Below, piece after piece: positions 29,163-43,790 of a stretch of DNA of 64,000 bases (position 1 is its first letter; every line of letters starts with the position of its first letter). This stretch comes from Octopus vulgaris (lineage: Eukaryota). Where the stretch lies: positions 49,538,001 to 49,602,000 of the forward strand of contig OX597831.1 of NCBI GenBank assembly GCA_951406725.2. Direction: 5' to 3'. Both the position numbers and the translations under genes were made by a program. A model generated the notes under the pieces. It had not been told where the DNA came from. It searched no databases and was given only the letters and a program-made list of their open reading frames with translations.

Positions 29163-29244
<82 letters not shown>

Positions 29245-29612
29245 GACATCGTAATAATTTAGAACGTCTAGATATATTTCTTTTTGGAGACAGTGAGTCT
29301 CATAGCAGATAAACCTACAAATAATAGCGCGTAAATAATAGCGTGTAAATATTAGATTATAAAAAAATTTCGGCGAGTAATGATCAAAGGCTGCATTGGA
29401 ACTGGAACATACATGCGTAAAAAAGACGGATCGAAGCAATATTTAGAATTCCTCTGTCCGTTTTATGAAATTTATTTTTACCAGCAAGAATTGTAAGATG
29501 TTGAAATCAAAAGAAATTAGAAATTTCGAAAACATGAAATAAATCTTACACAAACAAAATGCGCACGCACACACGCACACACACATGCAAATATATATAT
29601 ATATATGTACAC

Positions 29613-29667
<55 letters not shown>

Positions 29668-29672
<5 letters not shown>

Positions 29673-30054
29673 GCAGTAACGCCCGGCGTTGCTCGGGTTT
29701 GTTCGACCAGCTGGAATTGGAATTTTTGAAAAGTAAAACTTTTGCATTATGTAGCTTGTTATTCTCTTCAAGTGAACATTTTTCTGGTTGAAATACACCG
29801 AAAAGTGGCGACACAGCAGTGAAAAAATCGTAAAATATATGGATTTTCATAGAAAAAGGCACCTTTTTGATGTAAATAATTTTTGGTGTTAACATGGTCC
29901 GATTTAAATTTTATCTTGTACGGAAGGAAGAGCAACCCTTCTATCATACTCTCAATTTTGGTCAACTTGCGCCGCAGGGTCTCGGAGGAGATAGTGTTAG
30001 TTCAAGGTTACCAAACCTGGCGCACACAGACAACTTCAGATTTATATAGAGAGA
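29668..30054 (-). mobile_element. Non-autonomous Helitron-like element
   Basis: Minus strand starts TCTCTCTATATAAA and ends with hairpin CCCGAGCAACGCCGGG shortly before CTAC (CTAG-like). Confidence 0.65.
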
Positions 30055-30076
30055 GATAACACACGCACATTAATAC

Positions 30077-30108
<32 letters not shown>

Positions 30109-30222
30109 GTGTATGTATGTATGGATGTATGTATGTATATATGTACATCTGTCCACTTCTTGCCATATTTTTATTCTTCACTTCCTACATACACACACAC
30201 ACACACTCACACACACACACAG

Positions 30223-30254
<32 letters not shown>

Positions 30255-30512
30255 GCACACACACACACCTTCTTAGCTTACAATTTCTTTCTTTCAACAA
30301 TTGACAACTTAAGTACGCTCGCAAATTAATGCTACCAAAACTTAGCGACAGAAAGTAAATTAAAAACCAATTTTAATTTATAAAATATAGAATGGAATGT
30401 ACTTCGAAAAATCATAAGTAAATTCCAATTAAAGAAATTGTGTGAGGAGTAAATCGTTATGTATTGATTTGTTTCTGTTTCCTGTGTTTTTTTTTTGAGT
30501 AGTGGTTGAAGG

Positions 30513-30743
30513 TACACTTGCAAAGAGAAAGTAGGAGAAAGTGTGGTAATAGAAGGAGTGAAGCAGTTGAAATTAGAGAGGCAAATCGTTACACTTGCAA
30601 AGAGAAAGTAGGAGAAAGTGTGATAATAGAAGGAGTGAAGCAGTTGAAATTAGAGAGGCAAATCGTTACACTTGCAAAGAGAAAGTAGGAGAAAGTGTGG
30701 TAATAGAAGGAGTGAAGCAGTTGAAATTAGAGAGGCAAATCGT
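30513..30743. repeat. 77-bp minisatellite, 3 near-identical copies
   Basis: Unit TACACTTGCAAAGAGAAAGTAGG...GAGAGGCAAATCGT starts at 30513, 30590 and 30667. Confidence 0.97.
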
Positions 30744-31817
30744 AAAACATTTAGTTCTCTCGAATTTTTGCTTAATTGGGGGTCAAATTGAAAAAACTTT
30801 ATATGCCATGACCCAATCGAATCTACTTAAAAAAATCATAGGTAAATTCCAATTGAAGAAATTCTATATTGTACAATTGTATTAAAAACAAACTATGTGA
30901 GAGGCAGAGAAAATCTGCCTTTTATCATAAGAGATATATACATGCATACATACAAACATATATATATTTTCCGGGTGTCAAACTATTACACCTGCTTGTT
31001 GTTTATACACTCGCCTTTGTGTTTTGTTTTTCTGTAAATTTCAACTATATATATGTGTGTGCCTGTGTGTGTCTGTGTGTGTGTGCGTGTGTCTGTGTGT
31101 GTGTGTGTGTTTGTGTGTGCGCGTGTGCGCGTGCGTGTGTGTGCATGTACACGTTCACGGTAAAATTTGGTAATTTTCTTTTAGTCTTATAGAATATTCT
31201 CTCCAATTCGCTCTGTACAAAAAAATATTTCCAGTATAACTACGGAGCATTTCCCCATGTAGCAACAATATATTATAATGTCTTGAAAACTGGACATTTA
31301 CAAATCCTTTAACTGAATTTGTCGATTCTGAATTTCGGATTTAGAAAAATCTCAGGATTTGAGAAACGTATATATTTATTTCAAAAGGGATAGCAGGAGA
31401 TATTAACAGTAGTTGAAACAGCATTTAACAGACACATGCGCACAAACCTACAAAGACAAGCATATACATACTCATACATGCACACACATATATATGTTTA
31501 CGGATAGAAATGTAAAAATATAGAGACAACAGATTTTACTTGTATTTCATTGTTGGTAATTTAACAGTTTCTATTGTTAGTTATTCTTGGATACATATTA
31601 AATTGGTGAATCTAAGAATAACTGAATATTTAACTAAAATCGATTTTGCGTGAACCCATTTATAAATCAATATATATATATTATTCATGCATATCTGTTC
31701 GCATACACACACTCACACAAACACACCCATAAATGCGCGTGTGTATATAAATATACACGTATATATTCATATATTTACATCTGAATATATGCTTATTATA
31801 TTTATATATACATTAAA

Positions 31818-32012
31818 CCGGCGAGCTAGCAGAATAGTTAGCATACCGGACAAAAGTCTTAGCGGCATTTCGTCCGTCTTTATGTTCTGCGTTCAAACTC
31901 CGCCTTTCATCCTTTTGGGGTTGATAAATTACGTACTAATCTCCTCTCCCCAAATTTCAGGCTTTTTGCCTGAAATTTTTGTAGAAAGAACAGTTATTAT
32001 TTACACACACAC

Positions 32013-32060
<48 letters not shown>

Positions 32061-32197
32061 GACGGACTTCATTCAGTTTTCGAGTACCAAATCCACTCGC
32101 AAGGCTATAGAAGACACTTGCCCAAGGTGCCACGCAGTGGGACTGAACCTGGAGCTATGGGGTTGGTAAGAAAGCTACTTGCCACACAGCCACTCCT
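31818..32197. mobile_element. SINE C (+, 31818-31990) tail-to-tail with the 5' half of SINE A (-, 32058-32197)
   Basis: Recognisable family motifs on opposite strands, separated by (CA)n. Confidence 0.75.
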
Positions 32198-32344
32198 AAT
32201 ATATTTATTAATATTTAGCAGAAATAACAGAGTGATTCAACGTCCGAGAGTTTCGTGAGTTGGCACTTGCCAAATTTTAATAAGTGCCTGATAACGCATG
32301 AAACTCTCAGACCTTGAGTCACCCTGTTACCTCTGCTATATACT

Positions 32345-32376
<32 letters not shown>

Positions 32377-32477
32377 TGTATGTATGTATTATTTATGTAC
32401 GTATGTGTTTATGTATTTGCGTATACATGTATGTATGATTATTCCATATTAATTAGAATACCAACCAACCGCCCGAC

Positions 32478-32990
32478 AGCGAGCTGGCCGAATCCTTAAC
32501 GTGTCGGACAAAATTCCTAGTAGTATTTCTTCCGGTTCTTTAAGTACTGGGATGAAATGTTGTCGAGGTCGACAGTGTCGTTCATCCTTTCGGAATCGAT
32601 AAAATAAATGGTTCCGGGTTCAGTCCCAATGCGTGGCATCTTGAGCAAGTGTCTTCTGCTATAGCCCCGGGCCGACCAATGACTTGTGAGTGGATTTGGT
32701 AGACGGAAACTGAAAGAAGCCTGTCGTATATATGTATATATATATATGTATGTGTGTGTGTTTGTGTGTCTGTGTTTGTTCACCTAGCATTGCTTGACAA
32801 TCGATGCTGGTGTGTTTACGTCCACGTCGCTTAGCGGTTCGGCAAAAAGAGACCGATAGAATAAGTACTGGGCTTACAAAAAGAATAAGTCCCGGGGTCG
32901 AGTTGCTCGACTAAAGGTGGTGCTCCAGCATGGCTGCAGTGAAATGACTGAAACAAGTAAAAGAGTAAAAGAGTAAAAGAGTAAAGAGAG
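32478..32990 (+). mobile_element. Diverged SINE C fragment directly followed by a 5'-truncated SINE A
   Basis: TTCATCCTTTCGGAATCGATAAAATAA joins ATGGTTCCGGGTTCAGTCCC at about 32608. The tail ends (GAGTAAAA)n. Confidence 0.85.
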
Positions 32991-34303
32991 ATGAAAATTG
33001 GGATCGGCCGAATCGATTCCTGCACCCTCAAAATCGCTGGCCCTGTGCCAAAAATTGAAAGAATGATAGTAAATATGTTTTCATTATCCCATCAAGAAGG
33101 TACGTTTATTATGACATCTCAGTTTTATATTGAGAATCTTCGCAATAGTGTTTTTGTTAAAGTATAATTTAAAGTATTAACTCACACGCTGTTAAAGAAA
33201 CGTTCTTGGCCATAGTCCATTATTTTAAGTGCAGGTAGGAATATTGCCAAATCTTTCTAATAATAATTTCTTTTTATTTTCGAAATGTTAAGCAAAAAAA
33301 TCAGTTAAAGTTTACTATTGTTTCAGTTAATATTTTTATTATCCAGCGAACTGTTTCTATGCAAAAATAAGGTCCCTAATATCAATACTATTATTTCTCC
33401 CTTTCTGCTTGCAATTGCATTGATTCAAATAAATACCTCTTAAATGGTAATTAACTCTCGAAAACTGTATAGCATTGTATTTAAATATTACATTTGCTTA
33501 ATGGAAAATGACTTCAAGACATGGTTTTACAAGTGTGAGATGCGTTTTGTAAGCATGTAGCGTAAACAAATTTTGACACGTATATCAAAGTATGAAAGAA
33601 TTCATTCTCACTGCACTTAAAATTCAGTATAGTATTTCGTTTAAATCAGGCTCTACCGTTCACACTGCTGTAGTAATCGGTGTTCAACTTCCAGTTTTCA
33701 TTCGCTTTCATCAATCACATGTATTAAACGGAAGCAACAAACTTTTAAGTTCTTGCAGAAACACTTCTTGTAATACATGATTATAATAATTCTCTTATAA
33801 CACTTGATTAAAAATATTTATTCCCATGCGATGAAACAATTATCATTTATCATCATTCACTCTTTCTAAATTAAAGATTTTATATTGTTGGTCTTACTAT
33901 TTTTAAATTTCGTTATTATTTCCCTTTCGCGGCTTAGTTATTTTCCACACAACCACGCATTTTCTTTCAAGTTAAAGGGGTTTAAATAATTAATTTTAAA
34001 CCGCATTTCCTTTCATTTATGCCAGATAATGTTACTTTTTCTTGTATTTGTTTTTTTCTTCCAGTTCTTATATTTATATATGTACTTTAGCTTGCCTATT
34101 AATCCATCCATTTATTCTTTTAAAAAATTCATGACTTCATGTACAAGTTTTCGCAGAGGTGTATCTGCGTGGTTAAGAAGCTTGCCTTCCATGTATGTGA
34201 CCACAGGTTCAGTCCTACCGTGCGGCACCTTGGGAAAGTGTGGGACACTACAACACTGGGCTGACTTAAAGCCTTATGAGTAGATTTGGTAAACAGAAGT
34301 CCG

Positions 34304-34344
<41 letters not shown>

Positions 34345-34376
34345 CTCGTGGGTATGCGTGTCTGTATGAATTCACC

Positions 34377-35052
34377 ATCGACGTTTCTAAACAATCTTAG
34401 CCTTGCCTTCAGGACGAAGTGAGCGTTGTCGTGTTCTGCTGCCTCTTTACAGTAGCTGCTGCTAATATGAATATTTCATTACCATTGAAATTCGAAATTG
34501 TTGACACTGAGATGTATAGGTCATCATTTAGGTGTTTAATTTTGTTTGTGAGACGTCATGCTTTCTCTACTCTCAGTTTCGCGCTGTGTTATCAAAACTG
34601 TTTCCATCATTAACCGTGCATTTTTTTCATGAATCCTATTGAATATAGAAATGTTGTCCACTACATTAAACTATGTAGGTTTGTTGTTCACAAGTGTTTT
34701 TCAATCTAGTTGTAATTGCTTTGTGATGTACTGCTTACCAATTTCTTTATTGTAAGTGCATAGTGTGGCAACGGGGGGGTGTTATACCTATATGGCTAAA
34801 TATGATACATTCGGTTGAAGTCGTTGAATGTAAAACTTTTACATTTGCCATTGGCTATACAAATCACATTGGTTATTACTAGCTTCATTGCAAGTTTATA
34901 CCCTTTGGGGTTTATAGTTAAAAAACTTTTTAATTTCGGCGTGTTTGTAGTAAATTTTATGGCTTGGCATAATGCATTCTATGTTCACTTTTCTGACGGT
35001 TTTGATGTCTTCATCAATTACATAATTTGTGCATGTATGAGTGTGTGTGTGG

Positions 35053-35098
<46 letters not shown>

Positions 35099-35127
35099 AC
35101 ACACACACACAAACACACATGTATATT

Positions 35128-35180
<53 letters not shown>

Positions 35181-35830
35181 GTATATAATTCATAAAATAT
35201 GCTTTATGTCTGTTATGTGTATTTTTAATAAATATGGCGTCTGATGTATTTGTTTCGGCGTTTTTATAATTATTGTTCTATGATTTATTTCGTTACTTTG
35301 TTGAAATACGTGTTGTTGGTTAAAATTTGTTTAAATTCTTTGCGTTTTAAGAAAAAAATGTAAATGTTGGTTTGTAGAGAAGCGAAATGCTCTTCTAACT
35401 CGGATTGGACCAATAATATTTTGCTTATGTGTGAACGTTCGCAATCAGCCGTATGTATATGCATAAATTTAGGTTTTTCGTGTAAATTCGCGTGATATAT
35501 ATCTATCATTTTCTTCCTGAATGATTGCCTATAAACAGTTCAGTTCATTGTCTATGTAGAAGTTGTATGTGTAGTCTACAACTTGAATTACAGTACGGAG
35601 TTGTTTGCTAGAACTCCCTGTAATTTCTTAAATTACTCCCGATGCGTTAACTACGAAGAGTATGTTTTCCAATAACTGGGATTTGTCTTGTTTTTGTCAC
35701 GTACATATATATGTTCTATTGCAGCTAGATAGAAAACTGCAAATGAGAATCTTATTGAAGTACCCATGGCTACTCCATCTTTTCATTTTCATAATTTACT
35801 TCGCTTGACAGTGAAATGGCATATTAATAA
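34377..35830 (-). mobile_element. Decayed Penelope-like retroelement (RT to GIY-YIG, 3' hammerhead relic)
   Basis: KDGVAMGT at about 35760-35785 (PLE RT motif QxDGVAMG), KQILTNNTY (cf. LxxNGY), PNGKC..IGIT endonuclease-like segment, hammerhead-like relic at 34377-34415. Confidence 0.65.
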
Positions 35831-35905
35831 TGTCTGCAGTATATTAGCTTCCGTACTTTAGTTAATACCGTGGATAGATTAATTCTTCAGGCACTGGAAC
35901 TTACA

Positions 35906-36134
35906 TACTCTTTACTCTTTACTCTTTTACTTGTTTCGGTCATTTGACTGCGGCCATGCTGGATCACCGCCTTTAGTCGAGCAAATCGAACCCAGGGCTT
36001 ATTCTTTGTAAGCCTATTACTTATTCTATCGGTTTCTTTTCCCGAACCGCTAAGTTATGAGGACACAAACACACCAGCATCGATTGTCAAGCGATGTTGG
36101 GCGGGTGGGGGGGCAAACACAGACACACACACAG

Positions 36135-36178
<44 letters not shown>

Positions 36179-36340
36179 GACGGGCTTCTTTCAGTTTCCG
36201 TTTACCAAATCTACTCACAAGGCTTTGGTCGGCCCGAGGCTATAGTAGAAGACACTTGCCCAAGGTGCCACGCAGTGGGACTGAACCTGGAACCATGTGG
36301 TTGGTAAGCAAGCTACTTACCACACAGCCACTCCGGCGCC
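35906..36340 (-). mobile_element. SINE family A, full length, little diverged
   Basis: Reverse complement of the family A structure. Probable TSD ACATACT (35904-35910 and 36346-36352). Confidence 0.92.
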
Positions 36341-36574
36341 TATAAACATACTTCCTACGTCTTAGGTGACAGTGTTATCTACTATGTTTTTTTCTAGTGT
36401 CTCAAACAGATCTTTAGATAAAAGTATATCATATCCCTTCTTTGTGCTTTGTTTAATAATGTAATCTAATTGTTTGACGATCTTGTGTATTGATGCATTT
36501 ATTTGGAATATGTATCGGAGGAGATTGTAGAATTCCATAGATATGTGATCAATCTCTTTTTGAATAGTGAAAGT

Positions 36575-36880
36575 ATCGGTTCAGTGTTTGGGGTGGATAC
36601 GACTCATGTTCGCAATGTCACGAGTTCGATTCCCAGCGGCGCGTTGACTTTTGAGCAAGGCACTTTATTTCAAGTTGCTCCAGTCCACCTAGCTGGCAAA
36701 AGTGTTTAGCTCCTGTATTTTAAACGATCAGCCTTGTCACATTCTGAATCTCCTTGGGAACTATGTTAAGGGTATGCGCGTCTGTGGAGTGCTCAGCCAC
36801 ATGCACATTAATTTCACAAGCAGGCTGTTGCGTTGATAGGATCAAGTGGAACACTCGGCGTCGTAATCTACGGAGTGCCA
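36575..36880 (+). mobile_element. SINE family B, tail type 2, diverged
   Basis: Collinear with 19960-20287. Confidence 0.82.
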
Positions 36881-36909
36881 GTAGTAGAAGTAGCAGTAAT
36901 AGTAGTAAT

Positions 36910-36964
<55 letters not shown>

Positions 36965-37214
36965 GTAGTAGTAGTGGTAACAAGTGCATTCAAATCAACA
37001 TTAGGGATTTATATTTCTGAATTTGTTTTCCTCGTTAAGAGGATTACTCTTTTACTCTTTTACTTGTTTCGGTCATTTGACTGTGGCTATGATGGAGCAC
37101 CACCATGCTCCAGCATGGCCGCAGTCAAATGACTGAAACAAGCAAAAGAGAGTAAAAGAGATGATGCATTTTATAAACAAAAAAAACTTGTTCTGCTTTT
37201 TCTGTATTTCCTAC

Positions 37215-37906
<692 letters not shown>

Positions 37907-37936
37907 ATATATATATATATATACACACACATTTTA

Positions 37937-38547
37937 CTGTAAATGTAATATGTGACAATTATTCGTTAGCCATGATAAAATCCGAGTTTCGGATGCCGAG
38001 GTGGAAATACACGCCGCCATCTCTTCAGTTATCCGGCCATCGGAAAAAATTCTATGAAGAATGACCGTTATACAAAGGGAAATTACTGTGTGATTGACCG
38101 TTATTAAGACAAAAGAGCTATTTAAATGACCGCTAAGTAAGGGAAGGGAGTAAAAGTAAGGGTAAACAAAATTCATAGTATTCGCGTAAGCGCGCCTGTT
38201 CATACCTACACATGCGCACCCGCACACCCACGTGAGTGCGCCTAAAAGTATACATTCATCCACCCTCACTTGAAAACGTACACATCCTCACTCTCAACAT
38301 TCGCCAAATGTATATGTGCATACATACAACCCCCCCCCCCCCCACACACGCACCATAAAGGTTCATACACACAACTATATACGCACAAGCACCAGAAAAC
38401 ACGGGGCTAAGGGTAACAATACAGAAAAAAGGCATTTTTCCGATGGCAGGATAACTGAAGAGATGGCAGCGTGGATTTCCACCTCGGCATCCGAAACTCG
38501 GAGTTTTATCATGGCTAACGAATCATTGTCACATATTACATTTACAG
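37937..38547. mobile_element. Element bounded by about 112-bp inverted repeats, each carrying a hammerhead motif (Penelope pLTR-like)
   Basis: Arms 37937-38048 and 38435-38547 are reverse complements with few mismatches. Confidence 0.8.
38450..38510 (+). ncRNA. Type-I hammerhead ribozyme motif
   Basis: GATAA-CTGAAGA-GATG...CATC-C-GAAA-CTCGGAG-TT-TTATC: perfect stem I, intact core, near-palindromic stem III. Inverted twin at 37974-38033. Confidence 0.68.
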
Positions 38548-39022
38548 ATAAATTCCTCTATTTACATAATATCGAAGTCTCTTTCTTTCTTTTGTTGTCT
38601 TACAATTTTTATCAATATATACATTTTACTTGTGTGAGTGTGTATGTATGTATGCATATATGCATGTATGTCTGCATGTATGTATGTATGCATGTATGTA
38701 TATATGTATGCATGTGTATGATTAAGTGTACGTGTATATTATATTAAGGTACAAAGAGCAGTAAGAATAAAGAAGATAAAGAGTACTCAAAATATATTGT
38801 AGAACTTTTATATAGATATTCTGACATCAAGAAGACATCGTGTAAGCTTAGCGTTGATAATCTCTTCACTAACCCCATAGTAATCCATTTAAATTACAAT
38901 TACTTCGGTGTAAGTCTTAAAACAAATTTGTCTCTCCCCATGTCTTTGTCTTTTTCTCCCTCTCACTTTCTTTCTCTCTTTCACTCTCTCTCTCTCTCTG
39001 TATCTTTGTATATATATATGTG

Positions 39023-39096
<74 letters not shown>

Positions 39097-39404
39097 CACA
39101 CACACGCATATATATAAACATATTCAAGCAGACATATTTCACACACACACACACACACACACACGTAATAGGAAAATTTCGTTCTATCTCAGCTTTCTAA
39201 AACGCGTCTTTCTGAAATCAAATATTTTTATCTGAAATTTAACTATGCTTTCTCCATCTCGCTGAAACGACTGACTGATTGACTCACTCACTCACTCACT
39301 CACTCACTCACTGACTCACTCACTGATTCACTCACTCCCTCACTCACTCTCTCACTCAGTCAGTTACTCACTCACTTTATCCCTTTCTATATCAATGATT
39401 CAGC

Positions 39405-39470
<66 letters not shown>

Positions 39471-39659
39471 GCCTATCTGCCTGTCTCGCTAGTTATCTAT
39501 GCGTCCATGCATTCATTGATGCATGCAACCATCCATCTTCCCGTCTTTCTGAATCGAAATACTTTCTCTCAATGTAAATCAGTTTGTCTGTCGGTCTCTC
39601 TGTCGGTATCATATTGTGATATCACATTTCCTTCCAACATATCAAAGAATATAAAAACA

Positions 39660-41400
39660 GTTGTTACCAAACACTTCCTTCGTCACTTTATCTCTTTCTC
39701 TCATTCCAATATTTCTTTGCATGGTACTCGCAGAACCAGATCAATTGATTGCGTGTTCTATAACATCACACACTAGGGACTCAGGCCTTTGGGAAATTTT
39801 GGCGCAAACAATATTGTCAAGGCCTTCGATCGTATCTAGTATAAAAAATGTCCTAGCAAATGTACTTCTTATGAATTTCATCTGTTTCTTTTCTGTTGTT
39901 ATTGCTAATTACAGGCGGATCTATTGCAGATGATAAATATTTTCACATTTCCTTAACCAACTCTAAATTGGAAGCATCAATAAGTGAACAGCCTTCTTGC
40001 AATACATCCCAAAACAAAACCAGAAAGACTTGATAAAAGTTTCATTCAACATAGGTTATTTTCTCATCTTATTTCCTTATTGCCCACAAGGGGCTAAACG
40101 TAGAGGGGACAAACAAGGACAGACAAAAGGATTAAGTCGATTACATCGACCCCAGTGTGTAACTGGTACTTATTTAATCGGTAGTTATTTAATAAGGCGG
40201 CGAGCTGGCAGAAACGTTAGCACGCCGGGCGAAATGCTTAGCGGTATTTCGTCTGCGTTACGTTGTGAGTTCAAATTCCGCCGAGGTCGACTTTGTCTTT
40301 CATCCTTTCGAGGTTGATAAATTAAGTACCAGTTACGCACTGGAGTCGATGTAATCGACTTAATACCTATGTCTGTCCTTGTTTGTCCCCTCTGTGTTTA
40401 GCCCCTTGTGGGTAATAAAGAAATAGGTACTTATTTAATCGACCCCGAAAGGATGAAAGGCAAAGTCGAACCCGGCAGAATTTGAACTCAGAACGTAAAG
40501 GCAGACGAAATACTTGTTTCTTTACTACCCACAAGGGGGTAAACACAGATAGGACAAACAAGAGCAGACAAACGGATTAAGTCGTTTATATCGACCCCAG
40601 TGCGTAACTGGTACTTATTCAATCGACCCCGAAAGGATGAAAGGCAAAGTCGAAACCGGCAGAATTTGAACTCAGAACGTAAGGGCAGACGAAATACTTG
40701 TTTCTTTACTACTCACAAGGGGGTAAACACAGATAGGACAAACAAGAGCAGACAAACGGATTAAGTCGATTATATCGACCCCAGTGCGTAACTGGTACTT
40801 ATTGAATCGACCCCGAAAGGAAAGGCAAAGTTGACTCGGCGGAATTTGAGCTCAGAACGTAACGGCAGACGAAATGCTGCCAAGTATTTCGCCAGGCGTG
40901 CTAACGATTCTGCCAGCTGGCCGCTTCGTTATTTTCTCATCTTGGCATTGCAATGGTGCTTAGGCTGGATATCGTCATTGGTGGACAGTTGGAGCTGAGT
41001 TCTAACTTAGAATATCTTACCAATGATATATTAAACTTGATCTTCTCTACTTAACAAAACTTTCCAACGTATTCACGTCGCTGTATTAGTACAAAGTAAG
41101 TGGATGTGAAAATAAGATGAGAGAGTGTGAGCTCTGCGCTATAAATGTTCCTGCTGCTCACTTAGAATCTAAAATCTATATTTCGTTACTGGAGTTCTCT
41201 TCTACATTTTGTTCGACATCCAATTTACGTGTGTTCCGACACTCACCGGTACACTTGATCGGCAATATTGCAGTGTCTCTTGACATTTAATAGAAAGCTG
41301 TGAGGTTACGGCAGTGTGTGTACTTCCAGTAGGCGGCTATGGAAGAAAATTATACTTACAATGAATCCCATTTTAAGGGACTCATTCTGGGGTTTAAACC
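39660..41400 (+). pseudogene. Decayed LINE reverse transcriptase (Jockey/I-like), split by a SINE C insertion
   Basis: HGTRRTRS...ITH*...LGNFG...IVKAFDRI* at about 39715-39840 matches the QYGFRxxRS...LDISKAFDRVW motifs. The downstream extent is uncertain. Confidence 0.65.
40071..40927 (-). mobile_element. Trimeric SINE C (184-bp units) with 16-bp TSD and a nested opposite-strand SINE C
   Basis: TSD GTTATTTTCTCATCTT at 40055-40070 and 40928-40943. Units recur at 40426, 40610 and 40794. Nested + copy at 40195-40425. Confidence 0.92.
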
Positions 41401-41565
41401 AACTCAATTTTACATACATACATACACACATATATATAAAGTAAAATGTATATATATATATATATATATATAAATACAGAAAAGCAGACCAATTTTTTTG
41501 TTCATAAAATGCATCACGTTCATGATGTGATTAAACATTTTGTGTACAAACATTCTTGTTTTGTT

Positions 41566-41634
<69 letters not shown>

Positions 41635-41639
41635 TATAT

Positions 41640-41683
<44 letters not shown>

Positions 41684-41977
41684 TCATAAGATGTCTTATC
41701 AATATGTGTTTTACCGACACACATATTGGAAGATGGAACATTGCAGCACGCAATTACCAAATTCATTCACTAAATTCTTCACTAGCCTAGAATAAGTATA
41801 GAAGAGTACAAACTTCCGAAAAGACGCCATCGTTGGTATAGAACGTGTAGGAAAATGTTTACAAAGACTTTACATACGTGGCACCCGTATGAGGTTGTGT
41901 CATTGACTCTTGTAAATGGGTCGAAAAGAGGAAGATTTTCACTTGGCAATGCGCTAAAAATGACGACTGATTTACTT

Positions 41978-42309
41978 GATGACAATGATGATGATGATGA
42001 ATAATTATCAATGATAATGACTGATGAATGATGAGACCGACAACGACGACAGTGATAATGGTGATGACAACGACGACGGCGACGATGATGATGATGATGA
42101 TCATGATGATGATCATGATCATGATGGTGGTGGTGATAGTGATGAAGATGACGACGATAACGACGATAGTGATGATGAACATGTGATAATGATGAGGATG
42201 GTGATGGTGATGATGAATGATTATCAATGATAATGACTGATGAATGATGACAACGACGACGACGGCGATAATGGTGATGACGACGACGACGACGACGACG
42301 ACGATGATA

Positions 42310-42363
<54 letters not shown>

Positions 42364-42495
42364 GTGATAGTGATGAAGATGACGACGGCGATGACGACCA
42401 CGACAACGACGATAGTGATGATGAACACGAGATAATGATGAGGATGGTAATGGTGATGATGATAACGATGACGACGATGATCACGATGATGAAGA
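41978..42495. repeat. Degenerate (GAT/GAC) repeat with higher-order duplication
   Basis: Block ATTATCAATGATAATGACTGATGAATGATGA...GGTGATAGTGATGAAGATGACGAC occurs twice. Confidence 0.9.
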
Positions 42496-42697
42496 TATAC
42501 ATACACGCACATAATTATACTTTTACTCTTTTGTTTTTAGTCGTCCGACTTAGTTCATGCTGGAGCACACACTTTAAGTATTTTAGACGATTATTTCGCC
42601 CCCGGAGCGTATTCCACGTACAATATCAACAACTTTCCAGCCGAACCGTTAAGCAAGGTAGTAAGAGACAAACACACACACCACAGCTACACAGAGA

Positions 42698-42728
<31 letters not shown>

Positions 42729-42754
42729 TGTATGTATGTATCTATCTATCTGTC

Positions 42755-43323
<569 letters not shown>

Positions 43324-43754
43324 AGGTTGGCCTTCACTTTACGTCTTACTCCCTGAAGTATATACATACATGCATAAATGGGTATATGCATACATATATA
43401 CATAGAGACCTCTAGAATTTGTCCTTACATTGGTATCATCTCTCTCCCATTTCACAACCAGGGTTGATATAGATTGATGCCTGTTTCGGAGCTGAGAACG
43501 AAAAGAGCCTGAGGGGACATCATCATCGAGCATAGTATCAGTTAGGTCAGGATTCGAACTTTTTTTTTCTATTAGTACAGAAAGAATGGTACTGAAGTTG
43601 AACTAGGTCGGATTCGAAGTGGCAGAGAGCCGAAGAATTTACTATTGTGTATTCTATATGCAGCTGTAATAACTGTCAGTTCACCGCCATTATGTATGTA
43701 TATCCATTCATCCATGCACACATATATACATATACACATGCATACATGTGTATG

Positions 43755-43790
<36 letters not shown>

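Noticed and set aside
30513-30743. CRISPR-like array (also 40426-40927)
   Set aside because: Units are fully repeated with no unique spacers, the context is eukaryotic, and there are no cas genes.
33592-33780. GSTVHT resembling a Helitron PIF1 helicase motif
   Set aside because: No neighbouring helicase motifs could be found.
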